From a virus, in the IMG/VR virus record IMGVR_UViG_3300030107_001603, positions 3,637 through 67,636 of that record: a stretch of 64,000 bases of DNA; one strand, written 5' to 3'. Position 1 is the stretch's first letter. Each line of letters begins with the position of its first letter. Below, piece after piece: positions 1 to 10,900 of this stretch. The position numbers and the translations under genes are program-made. The notes under the pieces were generated by a model. That model ran no database searches. It was not told where the DNA came from and worked only from the letters and a program-made list of their open reading frames with translations.

Positions 1-666
1 AATGTGGCAACTCTTCAAGAAATGAACAATTTACATTTATATGATTTTGGTATATTCTTAGAGTTAGCTCCAGACGAAGAAGAAAAACAATTATTAGAAA
101 ATAATATACAAACTGCTCTTTCTCAACAAACAATAGATTTAGAAGATATTATTGATTTGAGAGAGATTAAAAATATAAAACTAGCAAACCAACTTCTTAA
201 AATTAGAAGAAAAAAGAAGATGCAAAAAGACCAGCAGATGCAACAAGAGAATATGCAGGCACAAGCAGAAGCTAATGCCCAACAAACTCAAGCGGCTGCT
301 CAAGCTGAAATAGAGAAAGCTCAAGCTGCTTTACAGAATGAAATACAATTAGAAACACAAAAAGGAGAGATTAAAAAAGGTACATTACACGCAGAAGCAG
401 AAGTTAAAAAAGCCTTGATGGATCACGAATTTGAACTAAACATGAGGATGAAGCAGATGGAATTGGAGCTAATGAAAGAGAGGGACGTAGCTAAAGAGGT
501 TGTAAAAGATGAAAAAGAAACAAGAAATTTAAATACTAAAAACCGACACGAATCAAGGATGGAAGACAAGAAAGCGGCTAATGTCATGAAGACTAAAGGA
601 TTTGAATCTTCTGGAAATGATGTTATCGGTGGTGGAATGCGATTAGGAGCATTTGAACCTAGTTAG
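1..666 (+). CDS. Portal protein, C-terminal part (5' truncated)
   Basis: Open from the window edge; 'DFGIFLELAPDEEEKQLLENNIQ' then a Q/E-rich coiled coil; lies directly before scaffold and capsid genes while TerL starts at the other window end. Confidence 0.75.
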   Translation, partial: NVATLQEMNNLHLYDFGIFLELAPDEEEKQLLENNIQTALSQQTIDLEDIIDLREIKNIKLANQLLKIRRKKKMQKDQQMQQENMQAQAEANAQQTQAAAQAEIEKAQAALQNEIQLETQKGEIKKGTLHAEAEVKKALMDHEFELNMRMKQMELELMKERDVAKEVVKDEKETRNLNTKNRHESRMEDKKAANVMKTKGFESSGNDVIGGGMRLGAFEPS

Positions 667-697
667 AACAAATTATTAATTATTATTATATTATATT

Positions 698-1855
698 ATG
701 GCAAAAAAGAAAAAAGAAGAAGTAGTCGAAAAGACTCCTGAAAAACCAACGGTAGACGAAACTGTTGAAAAATTAAAGATTAAAAAACCTAAAAAATTTG
801 AGCAAGTTGACGATACTATTAAAGTAGATTTATCTAAACCTGTAGAAAAAACAGATGATGTAATTAAAGTAGACTTATCTAAACCTGTAGAAGAATCTAA
901 ACCTGTAGAAGAGCCAGTTGAAGCTCTTGTAATGGAAGAGATTAAGGAAGAAGAAAACTCAGAGGTAAAAGAAGTAGTAAAAGCTGTTGAAGAGAAAATA
1001 GTAGAATCAATTGAAAAAGATACTAAACTACCTGAAAATATTCAAAAGTTAATGAATTTTATGGATGAAACTGGTGGTGATCTAAAAGACTATATTGATC
1101 TAAATAGAGATTATTCAGAAATGGATAACCAAACTTTACTTAGAGAATATTATAAAAAAACAAAACCCCATTTACAATCAGACGAAATTGATTTTTTAAT
1201 GGAAGATCAGTTTTCGTTTGACGAAGAAGTAGATGAGGAAAGAGATATTAAAAGAAAAAAACTAGCGTTAAAAGAGCAAGTTGCCAACGCTAAATCTCAA
1301 TTGGAAGAGTATAAATCCAAATATTATGAAGATATCAAAGCTGGGTCAAAATTGACCACGCAACAACAAAAAGCTATAGATTTCTTCAATAGATACAACA
1401 AGGAATCTGAAGAAACAAAAAAGATTCATTCGCAGGCGAAAGATAGATTTATAAACAAGACAAACGAAGTTTTTAACGACGAATTCAAAGGTTTTGAATA
1501 CAACGTAGGAGACAAGAAATATAGACTTAATGTCAAAGATATAAATCAGGTTAAAGAAAACCAAAGCGATATTAACAACTTTGTCAAGAAGTTCTTGAAC
1601 GAAGAAAACCAAATGGAAGACGCTAGAGGTTATCATAGATCAATGTTCACTGCTAATAATCCAGATGTTATCGCCAAGCATTTCTATGAACAAGGAAAAG
1701 CTGATGCTTTAAAAGAAAGTATGGCCAAATCTAAAAATATCGATATGTCTCCTAGACAATCTCATGGAGATACTATAGATACAGGAGGGTTAAAGTTCAA
1801 GGTGCTAAATGATGATACTTCAGGTTACAAATTTAAAATTAAAAAGAAAAATTAA
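698..1855 (+). CDS. Putative capsid scaffolding protein
   Basis: Acidic, low-complexity N-terminus, helical C-terminus, located between portal and capsid genes. Confidence 0.6.
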   Translation: MAKKKKEEVVEKTPEKPTVDETVEKLKIKKPKKFEQVDDTIKVDLSKPVEKTDDVIKVDLSKPVEESKPVEEPVEALVMEEIKEEENSEVKEVVKAVEEKIVESIEKDTKLPENIQKLMNFMDETGGDLKDYIDLNRDYSEMDNQTLLREYYKKTKPHLQSDEIDFLMEDQFSFDEEVDEERDIKRKKLALKEQVANAKSQLEEYKSKYYEDIKAGSKLTTQQQKAIDFFNRYNKESEETKKIHSQAKDRFINKTNEVFNDEFKGFEYNVGDKKYRLNVKDINQVKENQSDINNFVKKFLNEENQMEDARGYHRSMFTANNPDVIAKHFYEQGKADALKESMAKSKNIDMSPRQSHGDTIDTGGLKFKVLNDDTSGYKFKIKKKN

Positions 1856-1876
1856 CAATTTAAAAATTAAAAAATT

Positions 1877-3334
1877 ATGGCAATTACAAGTGCAACGGGG
1901 ATAGATGCTGCTCCTCGTAAACAAACGTTGCAATCTAACTACGTAGACTTTTTAACAAGTGCTACTGAAGGATGGGCGCAACAATACTTACCAGATCTTA
2001 TGGAAAAAGAAGCTGAGATTTATGGTAAGAGAACAATTTCTGGTTTCTTAGCTCAAGTAGGAGCTGAAGAAGCTTCTTCTTCTGATAGAGTAGTATGGTC
2101 AGAACAAGGTAGATTACACTTATGTTACACTGCAACTAACGAAGATGTTTCTGCAAACGTATTTACAATTGTAAATGATATTGATGGAAACTCAGTTGGA
2201 GCTGACCACGGTATTAGAGTTGGTGACGTTGTATTAGTATCTAACGCTTCATTAACTTTAAGAGGTTATGTATCTGTTAGAACTGGTGGTGCTGCTACAG
2301 TAACTATTTTACCTTACGCAAATGACGATTTTGATAACGCTGGTTTCTCTGATTCAGCTGGTACTGGAGCATATAGAATCCTAGTTGTTGGATCTGAATT
2401 TGGAAAAGGTACTGATGCTAGATCTTCTGCTAACGAGCCAAAATTCAAATCTTACCAAAACAAACACATCATCATGAAAGATTACTACGAAGTATCTGGA
2501 TCTGATGCGTCTGCTATTGGTTGGGTTGAAATTTCTGGAGAAGAAGGTCAAAACGGTTACCTATGGTATTTAAAAGCCGAAGGTGATACTAGAGCTAGAT
2601 TTGCTGATTACTTAGAAATGACTATGTTAGAATCTGAGCATGCTGTAGCTGCTTCTACTATTGAGAACGCAACAGGTGGTTTAGGTTTATCTGCTTCTAC
2701 TACTGGTATTGACGCTGGTACAGAAGGTTTATTCAAAGCTATTACTTCTAGAGGTCACCAAACTACCGGTGTTACTGGTGTTAATGCTGCTACTGATTTA
2801 GCTGAATTTGATGCTATCTTAGCTGTGTTTGATCAAAACGGTGCGATTGAAGAAAACATGATGTTCGTAAACAGAGCTACTTCGTTAGCTATGGATGATA
2901 TGTTAGCTTCTATGAATTCTTACGGAGCTGGAGGTACTTCTTACGGAGTATTCGACAACGAAGAAGACATGGCGCTTAACTTAGGTTTCTCTGGATTCAG
3001 AAGAGGTTCTTATGACTTCTACAAATCTGATTTCAAATACTTAAATGACAAAGGTACAAGAGGAGGTTTAAATGATACTGTTACAAATATTAGAGGTGTC
3101 GTTATCCCAGCTGGTGTATCTTCAGTTTATGATGAGCAGTTAGGAAAGAATCTTAAGAGACCTTTCTTACACGTGAGATACAGACAATCTGAAACTGAGT
3201 CTAGAAAAATGAAGACTTGGGTTACAGGTTCGGTAGGTGCTAAAACTTCTGGAAAAGATACAATGGAAGTTCACTACTTATCTGAGAGATGTTTAATCAC
3301 TCAAGGTGCTAATAACTTCATGTTAATGAACTAA
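1877..3334 (+). CDS. Major capsid protein
   Basis: 485 aa, G/A/S-rich, strongly biased codons, follows scaffold, followed by a strong terminator. Confidence 0.8.
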   Translation: MAITSATGIDAAPRKQTLQSNYVDFLTSATEGWAQQYLPDLMEKEAEIYGKRTISGFLAQVGAEEASSSDRVVWSEQGRLHLCYTATNEDVSANVFTIVNDIDGNSVGADHGIRVGDVVLVSNASLTLRGYVSVRTGGAATVTILPYANDDFDNAGFSDSAGTGAYRILVVGSEFGKGTDARSSANEPKFKSYQNKHIIMKDYYEVSGSDASAIGWVEISGEEGQNGYLWYLKAEGDTRARFADYLEMTMLESEHAVAASTIENATGGLGLSASTTGIDAGTEGLFKAITSRGHQTTGVTGVNAATDLAEFDAILAVFDQNGAIEENMMFVNRATSLAMDDMLASMNSYGAGGTSYGVFDNEEDMALNLGFSGFRRGSYDFYKSDFKYLNDKGTRGGLNDTVTNIRGVVIPAGVSSVYDEQLGKNLKRPFLHVRYRQSETESRKMKTWVTGSVGAKTSGKDTMEVHYLSERCLITQGANNFMLMN

Positions 3335-3350
3335 GCATTTATATTTAAAA

Positions 3351-3397
3351 GAGGGGACGGCATACAAGTAAACGTTCTCCGTCCCTTCTTTTTATTT
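3351..3397 (+). terminator. Intrinsic terminator after the capsid gene
   Basis: GAGGGGACGG...CCGTCCCTTC stem followed by a T tract. Confidence 0.8.
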
Positions 3398-3422
3398 TAT
3401 TAATTTTATTATATATTATATT

Positions 3423-4256
3423 ATGGCAAAAAAGAAGAAAATAGAGGTTGAAGAACCTCAAGTTACAGAGACAGTTGTAGAGACTGCTCCGGTTGTAGAG
3501 CAACCAAAAAAAGAATTAAGTACTAACCTAGAAGAGGGTTGGGAAATTAAAGATAGAATGTACTATCTAAAGAATAATAGAACACCTTTAACTTATTTAA
3601 TAAGAGGTAGTAATATACATTATTTTGATGAACAAAAGGGATATGAAAGAGAATTAAAATATACTTCAAATCAAAGAACTTGTTTCGTAGATGAAATGAA
3701 AGGAGATCAAAGATTAGCACATATTATTTTTGAAAACGGATCTTTATTTGTTCCTAAAAACAAAACAGTTTTACAAAAATTATTATCACTTTATCATCCT
3801 CATAGAGATAAGTTGTTTGAAGAATATAAACCAGCTAAAAAAGCTGCTAGTCAAATCGATTATTTAGAAATGGAAATAGAAGCACTAAACGCTGCTAGAG
3901 ACATGGATATAGATATGGCAGAAGCTATTATGCGAGTAGAGAAAGGTTCTGAGGTATCTAAGATGAGTTCTAAGGAACTTAGAAGAGATTTATTACTATA
4001 CGCTAGAAGAAATCCTTTATTGTTCTTAGAATTAGTTACTGATGAAAATGTAATGCTTAGAAACTTCGGTATAAAAGCTACTGAAGCTGGCGTTATAAAA
4101 CTATCACAAGACCAAAGAACATTTATGTGGGGTTCTAATGATAGAAAGTTAATGACAGTTCCTTTCGAGGAGCACCCATACTCAGCTTTAGCTGCTTGGT
4201 TTAAAACTGATGAAGGTATGGAAATATATGCAAATATAGAAAAAAGATTAAATTAA
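3423..4256 (+). CDS. Conserved phage protein (structural module)
   Basis: 277-aa ORF; its upstream TATTATATTATGGC matches that of the scaffold gene. Confidence 0.6.
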   Translation: MAKKKKIEVEEPQVTETVVETAPVVEQPKKELSTNLEEGWEIKDRMYYLKNNRTPLTYLIRGSNIHYFDEQKGYERELKYTSNQRTCFVDEMKGDQRLAHIIFENGSLFVPKNKTVLQKLLSLYHPHRDKLFEEYKPAKKAASQIDYLEMEIEALNAARDMDIDMAEAIMRVEKGSEVSKMSSKELRRDLLLYARRNPLLFLELVTDENVMLRNFGIKATEAGVIKLSQDQRTFMWGSNDRKLMTVPFEEHPYSALAAWFKTDEGMEIYANIEKRLN

Positions 4257-4262
4257 TCTAAC

Positions 4263-4301
4263 TGTAGTGGCGGTCGCCCTACGGGGCGATCGTAAACTAC
4301 A
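4263..4301 (+). other. GC-rich intergenic hairpin
   Basis: TGTAGT-GGCGGTCGCCC-TAC-GGGGCGATCG-TAA-ACTACA; no T tract on the + strand. Confidence 0.55.
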
Positions 4302-4316
4302 AATTAAAAAGAAATT

Positions 4317-4994
4317 ATGGTAAACGTAGATACAGTATATCAAAGAGTTTTAGCAATAGCTAATAAAGAACAAAGAGGTTATATAACTCCTTTAGAATTT
4401 AATCTACTAGCTAATCAAGCTCAATTAGAAATATTTGAAAATTATTTCATAGAGTTAAACCAAGCTTTAACTGTACCAGGTAATGAAAGCGAATACTCTG
4501 ATATTATAAAAACGTTAAATGAAAAAATAAGTTTATTTAAAACGCGAGCGAATTTGACTAAGTCTGGTTCGTTTTTCTTGTATCCATCAGATATGTATAA
4601 ATTAGGAACGCTTTGGTCTGCACAAGCTGGTTTACTAGAAGATGGCGTAGAGGTTCAAGAGATTAATGAAGATGAGTTATTAGATTATTACAAATCACCT
4701 TTAACAACTCCAAATAGATCTCGACCATTATACATACGAAGAACAGAGAATATTAGAATAATATCTAATCCAAGTATTACTGGTGGAGTTTCTTGTAGTT
4801 ATACTAAAAAACCAGCTAAAGCAGAATGGGGATACATTGTGGTAAATGAACAAGCTTTATACAACGCTTCAGCTTCAACTGATTTTGAGTTACATGTTTC
4901 TGAAGAGACTAATTTAGTTATGAAGATATTGGGATTAGCCGGTATAGTTATACAGAGACAAGAGTTAATGGCATTAGGACAACAACAAGCATAA
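4317..4994 (+). CDS. Putative tail tubular/ring (head-tail adaptor) protein
   Basis: Position and 'ANKEQRGYITPLEFNLLANQAQLEIF' N-terminus resemble crAss-like ring proteins. Confidence 0.55.
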   Translation: MVNVDTVYQRVLAIANKEQRGYITPLEFNLLANQAQLEIFENYFIELNQALTVPGNESEYSDIIKTLNEKISLFKTRANLTKSGSFFLYPSDMYKLGTLWSAQAGLLEDGVEVQEINEDELLDYYKSPLTTPNRSRPLYIRRTENIRIISNPSITGGVSCSYTKKPAKAEWGYIVVNEQALYNASASTDFELHVSEETNLVMKILGLAGIVIQRQELMALGQQQA

Positions 4995-5004
4995 AAATAA
5001 ATAA

Positions 5005-6135
5005 ATGGGATTATTAAAAGAAACAGAATATAGTTACTACAACGGTAATGATTTTGGAGGATATCAATTTATATCGCTAGATCATATAATAAACAACTTT
5101 ATGATAGCTTATGTTGGTGAAGGAAAAATTATACCTAAAATAAAAAGAACAGACGTAGCTTTTCACGCGCAGAGAGCAATACAAGAATTAAGTTACGACA
5201 CATTCAGATCGAACAAGTCTCAAGAAATAGAAGTACCACCATCGCTCACGATGACATTACCACAAGATTACGTTAACTATGTTAAAATAGTTTGGATTGA
5301 TGGTTCTGGTATGGAACACGTTATGTATCCAGCTACTAAAACATCTAACCCAAGAGCTATAAAGCAAAACGCAGATGGTAGTTATGTTTTTAACAATGAC
5401 ACTACGTTAGCTGAACAAACCTCTCCAAACTCAACGTCTGAAACACATGAGACACAATCGTTCACTACTAATACTATTTCTTTAAACGATAGTGATGGAA
5501 ATATAGTAGCTGATATATCAACAGTGCTTTCTATAGGCATGGAAATGCACGGTACAGATTCTAACGGTAACGACATTCCTCCTGGAACATATATAACAGG
5601 TTTTCATACCACGGCTTTACAAGTAGCGCATATTAACCAAGATATACCAGTTGGAACTTATGATGTTATTTATACTAAAGGAGCTAGTTCAAATACTTGG
5701 GAAAATTATAGGTCAGGTACTCCACATGAAAATCAAGATGATTATATAGACGATACTTATTGGCCTAATTTAGGAGGTAGAATAGGATTAGATCCAACAC
5801 GTGCTCAAAGTAACGGATCTTTTTTTATAGACGAAATGAAAGGAAAAATCCATTTTAGCTCTAATGTTTCGGGAAATACTGTGATATTAAAATATATAAG
5901 CGATGGATTAGGAACAGATGGAGAGATGATAGTTCATAAATTTGCTGAAGAAGCTATGTACAAATGTATAGCATACGCTATATTATCTACAACAATAGCT
6001 GGACAAGCTTTAGCCCCAAGTTTTCAACAACAAAAATCTGCCGCTGTAAGAACTGCGAAATTAAGATTATCAAACTTAAAAATAGAAGAGCTTACACAAA
6101 TAATGAGAGGTAAATCGAAGTTTATAAAACATTAG
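5005..6135 (+). CDS. Putative tail tubular/ring protein
   Basis: 'LPQDYVNYVKI' motif typical of podoviral tubular proteins; position. Confidence 0.55.
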   Translation: MGLLKETEYSYYNGNDFGGYQFISLDHIINNFMIAYVGEGKIIPKIKRTDVAFHAQRAIQELSYDTFRSNKSQEIEVPPSLTMTLPQDYVNYVKIVWIDGSGMEHVMYPATKTSNPRAIKQNADGSYVFNNDTTLAEQTSPNSTSETHETQSFTTNTISLNDSDGNIVADISTVLSIGMEMHGTDSNGNDIPPGTYITGFHTTALQVAHINQDIPVGTYDVIYTKGASSNTWENYRSGTPHENQDDYIDDTYWPNLGGRIGLDPTRAQSNGSFFIDEMKGKIHFSSNVSGNTVILKYISDGLGTDGEMIVHKFAEEAMYKCIAYAILSTTIAGQALAPSFQQQKSAAVRTAKLRLSNLKIEELTQIMRGKSKFIKH

Positions 6136-6138
6136 AAC

Positions 6139-7974
6139 ATGCAAGAATTGAAACATGGTTTCGGTGCTGCTAAAATGAATAAGGACGCTGACGAAAGAAC
6201 GATTCCTAACGGCGAGTACAGAGAAGCTTTAAATATACAAATATCTACTTCTGACGGATCTGATGTTGGAACAATGCAAACGTTGTTGGGTAATAGCAAA
6301 ATGTCATTAAACGCCGCAACAACTTTAAGTTTGTCAAGTTCTGCAGAGTGCGTAGGGTCTATAGCTGACGAAAAAAACAATAAAATATATTACTTTGTAA
6401 AAGACAGTGCTAATTCTACAGATTATATATTTGAATCTGATGCTAGGGGTAGCAATATAAAACCATTGGTAGTTGATAAGTATTTCATTAAAGTTCAAAC
6501 TACTTTAACCGTTACGTCTCCCGGTGGATCATCATTGGGACCTAGAAGTTTTATAATAAGTGACCAAGGTAGTTCTACTGAAAATATAACAAACGTAAGG
6601 CCAGGTATGACTGTTTTTAGCGCATATTTCGGAAACTTAAGTTCTCCTATAAACCAAGGATTAATTAACGTGGGATTAATTGATCAAGTTAAAATTATTA
6701 GAATGGAACGTCATTTTGATCCTACTACTTCCGTTGCGACTCCCAATTGGGAAGTTTTTATGGATAATTTTACTGATAATAACATATTCAATGTAATCGG
6801 TACTATACAATCCGGCGTGGATATAACGTTACAAGCAGAAAGAGTTTTAAACTTTAACAACTTAATCACTGGAATAAATGTTATAAACGGAACATTATAT
6901 TGGACAGATGGAGAAACTGAACCAAAACAAATAAATATAAATAATGTTCAGACTGATATATCTGGATTATATCATTCAAAGTTTATAGTAAGAGATAAAA
7001 ATAACAATACTATATCTTTCGGATCACCTAATGGAATAGATTTTAGAGACAACCCTGATTATATAAAAGAAGAACACGTTACTGTTATTAAAAAATCTCC
7101 CTTATATCCCCCAACTTTATTACTTAGTAACATAGCTAGTTTTAGATTTACTGGTAGCGGAGCTGCTGTACTAGAAAGTACTACTGACGCTAAATTTGTA
7201 GATGAAGATGGTAGTGAGCTTGTGATTGGAACTGTTTTAAACATTCCTATATATGGAAGTCCAGATTACGAAAAAGATGATATCTTGTTATTTAGAAGAG
7301 AACCAGATTTTACAGTTCTTGATTTAGATGATTTTGAAGTACAAGCGAAGTTGTTAGAATACGATGGAACTACCGCAAAAATATCGATAATGCACATAAG
7401 AGAATTTTCACCAGCTCACACACAAGAAGAATCTTTTAATGTTACATTACAGCAAGAAAAACCTCTTTATGAATTTAAATTTCCTAGATTCGCTTACAGA
7501 TATAAATATCAAAACGATCAATACTCTCCTTACTCTCCCTTTTCTGTACCAGCTTTTTTACCAGGTAAATTTAATTACAAACCAAAAGACGGTTATAACT
7601 TAGGTATGGTTAATACATTACGAGCTGTTTACATTATGGATTTTTTACCAGATGATGACACATTACCTAAAGATATAATAGCTATAGATATAGTTTATAA
7701 AGAATCGAATTCAAATAACATTTATATAGTAGAAACGATAGATTATGGAGACGACGAGTGGGAAGCTAGAGGTTCAGATATAAACTCTACCACAAGTGGT
7801 TATGCTAGAACAAAAGGAGCGCTACTTATAACTTCGGAAATGGTTAAAGCAGCTATTGAATCAAACCAACTTTTAAGACCGTGGGACAATGTTCCGAGAA
7901 CAGCAAAAGCACAAGATATGGTAGGTAACAGAATCGTGTACGCAAACTATTTACAAAATTATAATTTAAACTAG
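6139..7974 (+). CDS. Tail stabilization/nozzle protein, N-terminal half
   Basis: 'KMNKDADERTIPNGEYREALNI' start; beta-rich; ends 'GNRIVYANYLQNY'. Confidence 0.6.
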   Translation: MQELKHGFGAAKMNKDADERTIPNGEYREALNIQISTSDGSDVGTMQTLLGNSKMSLNAATTLSLSSSAECVGSIADEKNNKIYYFVKDSANSTDYIFESDARGSNIKPLVVDKYFIKVQTTLTVTSPGGSSLGPRSFIISDQGSSTENITNVRPGMTVFSAYFGNLSSPINQGLINVGLIDQVKIIRMERHFDPTTSVATPNWEVFMDNFTDNNIFNVIGTIQSGVDITLQAERVLNFNNLITGINVINGTLYWTDGETEPKQININNVQTDISGLYHSKFIVRDKNNNTISFGSPNGIDFRDNPDYIKEEHVTVIKKSPLYPPTLLLSNIASFRFTGSGAAVLESTTDAKFVDEDGSELVIGTVLNIPIYGSPDYEKDDILLFRREPDFTVLDLDDFEVQAKLLEYDGTTAKISIMHIREFSPAHTQEESFNVTLQQEKPLYEFKFPRFAYRYKYQNDQYSPYSPFSVPAFLPGKFNYKPKDGYNLGMVNTLRAVYIMDFLPDDDTLPKDIIAIDIVYKESNSNNIYIVETIDYGDDEWEARGSDINSTTSGYARTKGALLITSEMVKAAIESNQLLRPWDNVPRTAKAQDMVGNRIVYANYLQNYNLN

Positions 7975-7978
7975 AAAT

Positions 7979-10900
7979 ATGGCAGCAGGTCCAACATCTC
8001 CAACAACAACTTCAGCGAGTTCTACTCCTACAAAGATAAACATTGATGCTACGGTACAATCTAAACCTAGTGATTCTAGTTTAGTAGGACAACAGTCTCT
8101 AAAATCTCAAAGAACTTATCAAGTAGGTGTTGTTTATAAAGATATTTATGGAAGAGAAACACCTGTGTTTACTAGTGGTAAAGGTTCTTTTACTGTACCA
8201 AAAACATTAAGTGATAAAAGAAATTCTATAATAGCACAACTAAAAAACGACGCTCCTTCTTGGGTCGATACATTTAAATTCTTCGTTAAAGAAACGTCGA
8301 ATGAATACTATAACGCTTGTATGGATAGATGGTATGACGCCGAAGATGATAATCTTTGGTTAAGTTTTCCTTCTGCTGAAAGAAATAAAATAAAAGAAGA
8401 TGGCTTTATAATATTAAAAAAGAAAGCAGCTAGTGATGACGCTGTTTACGAGGAGGCTAGGTATAAAGTAATAGATATAAAAAATGAAGCTCCAGATGAT
8501 ATAAAAACAGATTACGAATTATACGGTACTGACACTATTCAAATCATGCAAAACGGTGCTTTACCAGGCAGTAAAACAATAAAGTTTTCTATTGATGGAG
8601 GTAACGACTGGGATGGATCTGTGTTTTACGATGTTTTAAAGACTGGTATTAGTGCTGGAACTAAAGTAGCTGGAGAAACAGATACTGGTTTTATAGGTTG
8701 GCCATTAGAAAATGTTGTTATAAAAATAGCAGATTCCAAAGGTATAAATACTGGTTGGCTAGATGTTGCTAACATGTATGTGGAATCGGATCTTTTTGTA
8801 GAACTATCTAAACCGTTAAGGGGTGAAAGTGATGGTACAACTATAACTACAGGATCTCCTATATCTACCATTATACCAGATCCAAACGACGCAAGTGGTA
8901 AAGATGTTATTGTAAAAATAGCTAAAAGAGTTGTAAAAAATAAAGCAGAGTTCGATGGTAAGTTTTTTGTTAAAATAGCTAGAGACGCTATCTTAGATAA
9001 AAACATAAGAGAAATAGGTAATGTTACTGCTAATTTCTCCGTTACGATGCAAGTTGATCAGTATTATCTTACTAGAAATTCTGGTTCAGGTGGTTCTGCT
9101 GTTTCTGCTGCTGAATCATATTGGGGATCTGTAGGACAAGCTTGGTTTATAGACGAGGCAGAAAGAGGAGAAGTTGGTTCTCAAACTGGAACCGTAAACT
9201 ACAAAGGTCCCTTTCCTAGAGACAATGGTTTTGGAATACTAGGTAATGGTCCTGGTAAAAGAACTGGTGATTCTCAAGAGTCTCTTCAGTGTACTATGGA
9301 ATTGACATTAAATAGAATTAAAGACAAAAATAAAGACGGTTATAGTATAAGTAATAACACTCAATCTAATCAAGATTTTTTTAATAAAATGAAAGAAAGT
9401 GGTACTTTGTTTAGATGGCAAGAAGATCCTTATCAACATATTTATAGGGTTTCTACTTGTGCTCTTAGTTCTGATCAAAATACAACAAAAGGACCTCCAG
9501 ATAAATCATGGAAAAGAGGTATACTTAATTTTTCTTCTAATAAAAATGATAGAAAACAAAGAAAAAACAAAAGTATTAGATTATATTTAAAATTTACTTT
9601 AACTGGATGGAAATTAGGAAAAATAAATGCAACTTCTGGGGAATTAGAAGCCGCCGATCAATCAGATGCAGACGCGAAGTATTACTTTTTTGAAGATGAC
9701 GAAGGATTAGCTCCTTTTAATTACAAAGGATCATATGTTGCGCCTAACGCGTCTACTAGTACAATTGAATGGAATCCTACTAAACGAGGTTATGGAGAGT
9801 ATGCTACAGCCACAGGTGATCCTAGTTATTCAAATAGCATCACTGGTTCCGCTTGGAGAAGTATAGCACAAGGAAGTTCTTTGACAGGAACTACCTCTAG
9901 TACTGGTTTTGGTTATCACAATACATTACAAATTGTTGATATAGTAGTTGGAGATCAAGAGCCTGTTTTCACTAAAGATCCAGCTATTTGGGAGACAGAA
10001 CCAAGAGAAGATGTAGGTTTAGATATATATTACGAAGCAAGTCAAGCATATCCAACGAAACTAACGAATCAAACAAACGAATTATTCGCTCCTTATGGAT
10101 GTGTTGTTACAACTGCTGATTCTATAGATGTTAATCAAGGAGTTACTCCAGTGGATAATAAGTCGTTTTATCTTCCGAACGATAAAGATACTTATTTATG
10201 GGATTGGGCACCAACCGGATACGGAGGTAACGTGTTGGTGTTAAGCGCTAAAGCTAACGAGGTAGGTTATATAGACTCTGGATCAACAGTAACACCGCCG
10301 CCAAATTTAATTACACCTGGATCAGGTACCTTAGCTTATCTAAATACTCACATGAGAGGAATTGAACTTCGGTTTACAAGACTAGATGGTAGTTACACTA
10401 CGGCAAAAGTAAAAGAATATTCTACGTGGACACATAGCGGTCCGTTTATAGACCCTACTCATCCTGTTTATTCGGGTACAGGAGAAGAAAGAATTAAAAT
10501 AACACTGGAAAGAGATTTAAGTAAATCAAAAATACTTTTACCTTATTTTAATTGTTATTCTTTTGGTAACGGAGTTGAATCAGATAGAATAAGAGACGAC
10601 TTTAACGCTGTTACAATAGGTAAAGGAGTTAAAGCTTCTACAGTTCTACCTGAAGTTTACAAAGAAGAGCAAAGAACGAATGGTTTGATATACTCTGGTA
10701 TATACAATCCTAATAGCAATAAAAACAATCTTAATCAATTTATTGCAGCGGAAAAGATAACGAAAGACGTTCCACCTACTTATGGTGATATACAAAAATT
10801 AAAAGCTAGAGACACAAACTTAGTAGCTTTCTGTGAAGATAAAATATTAAAAATACAAGCTTACAAAGATGCTCTTTATAAAGCTGATGGTAATCCAGAT

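Noticed and set aside
7965-7974. T-TTA-AAC slippery heptamer just before the stop, as a -1 frameshift joining the two tail ORFs
   Set aside because: The downstream ORF is in the +1 frame; the -1 frame stops after about 22 codons
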